A DNA stretch of 64,000 nucleotides from Curvularia clavata (lineage: Eukaryota), in contig CP089274.1 in assembly GCA_023920165.1 (NCBI GenBank), positions 1,612,001 through 1,676,000 of the forward strand. Reading direction: 5' to 3'. Below are positions 62,677 through 64,000 of the stretch, in pieces (position 1 is the stretch's first letter; every line of letters begins with the position of its first letter). The notes beneath the pieces are model-generated. The model made no database searches. It had not been told where the DNA came from and saw only the letters and a program-made list of their open reading frames with translations. A program made the position numbers and the translations under genes.

Positions 62677-64000
62677 CTGGCAGGTAGATTAGCGACGGGC
62701 GGTTTGAGATGGCGTGTCAGCAGGAGAAGCTTGCCAGCTGCCAGTCTCCCATCGAAACCGTCTGGAAACGTGATTAGAGTTATCCAGCCTACTCCCGACC
62801 CTAGCCCCACTGTTTTAGCGGGAGCGTGATATTGCGCTCGTCCGTCCCTAGTCGAGTCGTCTGATAAGCACGTGTAGGCGAGTCAGCAATTAATGAGCGG
62901 GACAGCAGCAGCAGGCGGGCGCGGTCGTGGTAATCACAGTGGACAAGAGCGGACGCGGACGAAGACGAGGACGAGGACGACGAGGGGTTGCAGCATGGCG
63001 TGCGCGTGAATCTGTCTACATGAGTAATAGGAGCGAGGAATGGACCCGGATGTACAAGGCGGGCCAGGTGAGGAGCTCTAGAGCGTGCCGAGGAGACATC
63101 TCCAATCACCGCGTGCGGCCGTGTGATGCCCCCGGATTTTCAATGGCAGTAACTTGCTGGGCGGCGCTGTGGGTGCCGCGACCGAGCAGCTCTGGACGGC
63201 GCCGTATGCATGGGCGCGGCATCAGCCGAAGGTGCGCGCGCGCTGCAGGTCATTGCATGCTTTGCGTGGGGAGAGCGCCTCAAGGCTGGTGTCGTAGCAA
63301 TGTGTCTCCCAGGTGGTTGTGCCTGGGACCGCGCCTGGGCTGCTACTGCCATGTACATTGCTGCCATTGCTAAGTGCTATTGGCGCATCATTCCCATGGC
63401 CCTCGTGGGCTCGTATGTGTGTCCATGTATTTGTGCGTGCAGAGCCTCCCGCTGCCCCCTCCCTTCTCCAAGTCGGCCAGCTCTCCAGCGAACATGGCCT
63501 CTGCAGAGCGACACGCGCAGCCCAGCTCGAAGACAAGACGCTGACCATGCCCGCCCCGGCGCAGACACTCAGTACGTATGCGGCCAGCTGTGCGGTTTCA
63601 GGACACCAGATCGACGCTGCCACCATGTCACGTGCACCCTCTAGCGGCGCCCCCCATGGATCGGGCAAGGTTCGACTGTCGGTCTTCACGTATCGCATCA
63701 CTACGCTCTCTATTCTTCACAGCGCTGCACTTGGTCCCTCTCCTCGTCCGTCTGGCACAATTGCGATTATACGCCAATTCTGCGCGCCCCACGACAGGCT
63801 CAGCTCTTGTATGTACACGGCTTTCCACCCGCTTCCACCCACGCCCGCTGCAGCTCCAGCCTCTTGATATTCCCCGCCCTATGGACATAGCAGCTGACAA
63901 CTCCAGAACCATACCCTGCCGATATATCAATACCAGCCAGCGCTCTCGCTCCCGCCGTCAACTGCAAACACGCCTTGCCTCGAGCCATCCCGCCCGCCGC

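Overview
Gene-dense eukaryotic DNA from a filamentous ascomycete (probably Dothideomycete/Pleosporales-like, inferred from gene content and ~50-100 nt GT-AG introns with CTRAC-type branch sites). About 26 protein-coding genes can be reconstructed by hand-splicing. Most are core genes: cmkB, iPGM, MED9, TAF5, MED11, TBCC, NDUFA11, UBP2, RBA50, a Grainyhead/CP2 transcription factor, CENP-K, a KH protein, acrB and LYRM5. No tRNA, rRNA, CRISPR or intact transposon was recognised. The most unusual observations, none visible in the ORF track, are: (1) a mitochondrial hotdog thioesterase whose catalytic D-x-x-G-H-V-N-N motif can only be assembled with a 9-nt exon plus a single-nucleotide exon (G at 59862); (2) a secreted protein built of exon-duplicated 8-Cys modules (possibly KP6-like, basic residue before each module), followed by a third module silenced by an in-frame TAG and decayed by RIP-like mutations; (3) a spliced 50-aa prepro-peptide yielding a predicted 21-aa two-Cys peptide; (4) an intronless homocysteine S-methyltransferase strikingly similar to enterobacterial MmuM (horizontal transfer candidate); (5) an oversized, structured TAF5 intron with an internal AG|GT site. 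All splice models and family calls are by eye and need RNA-seq and database confirmation.
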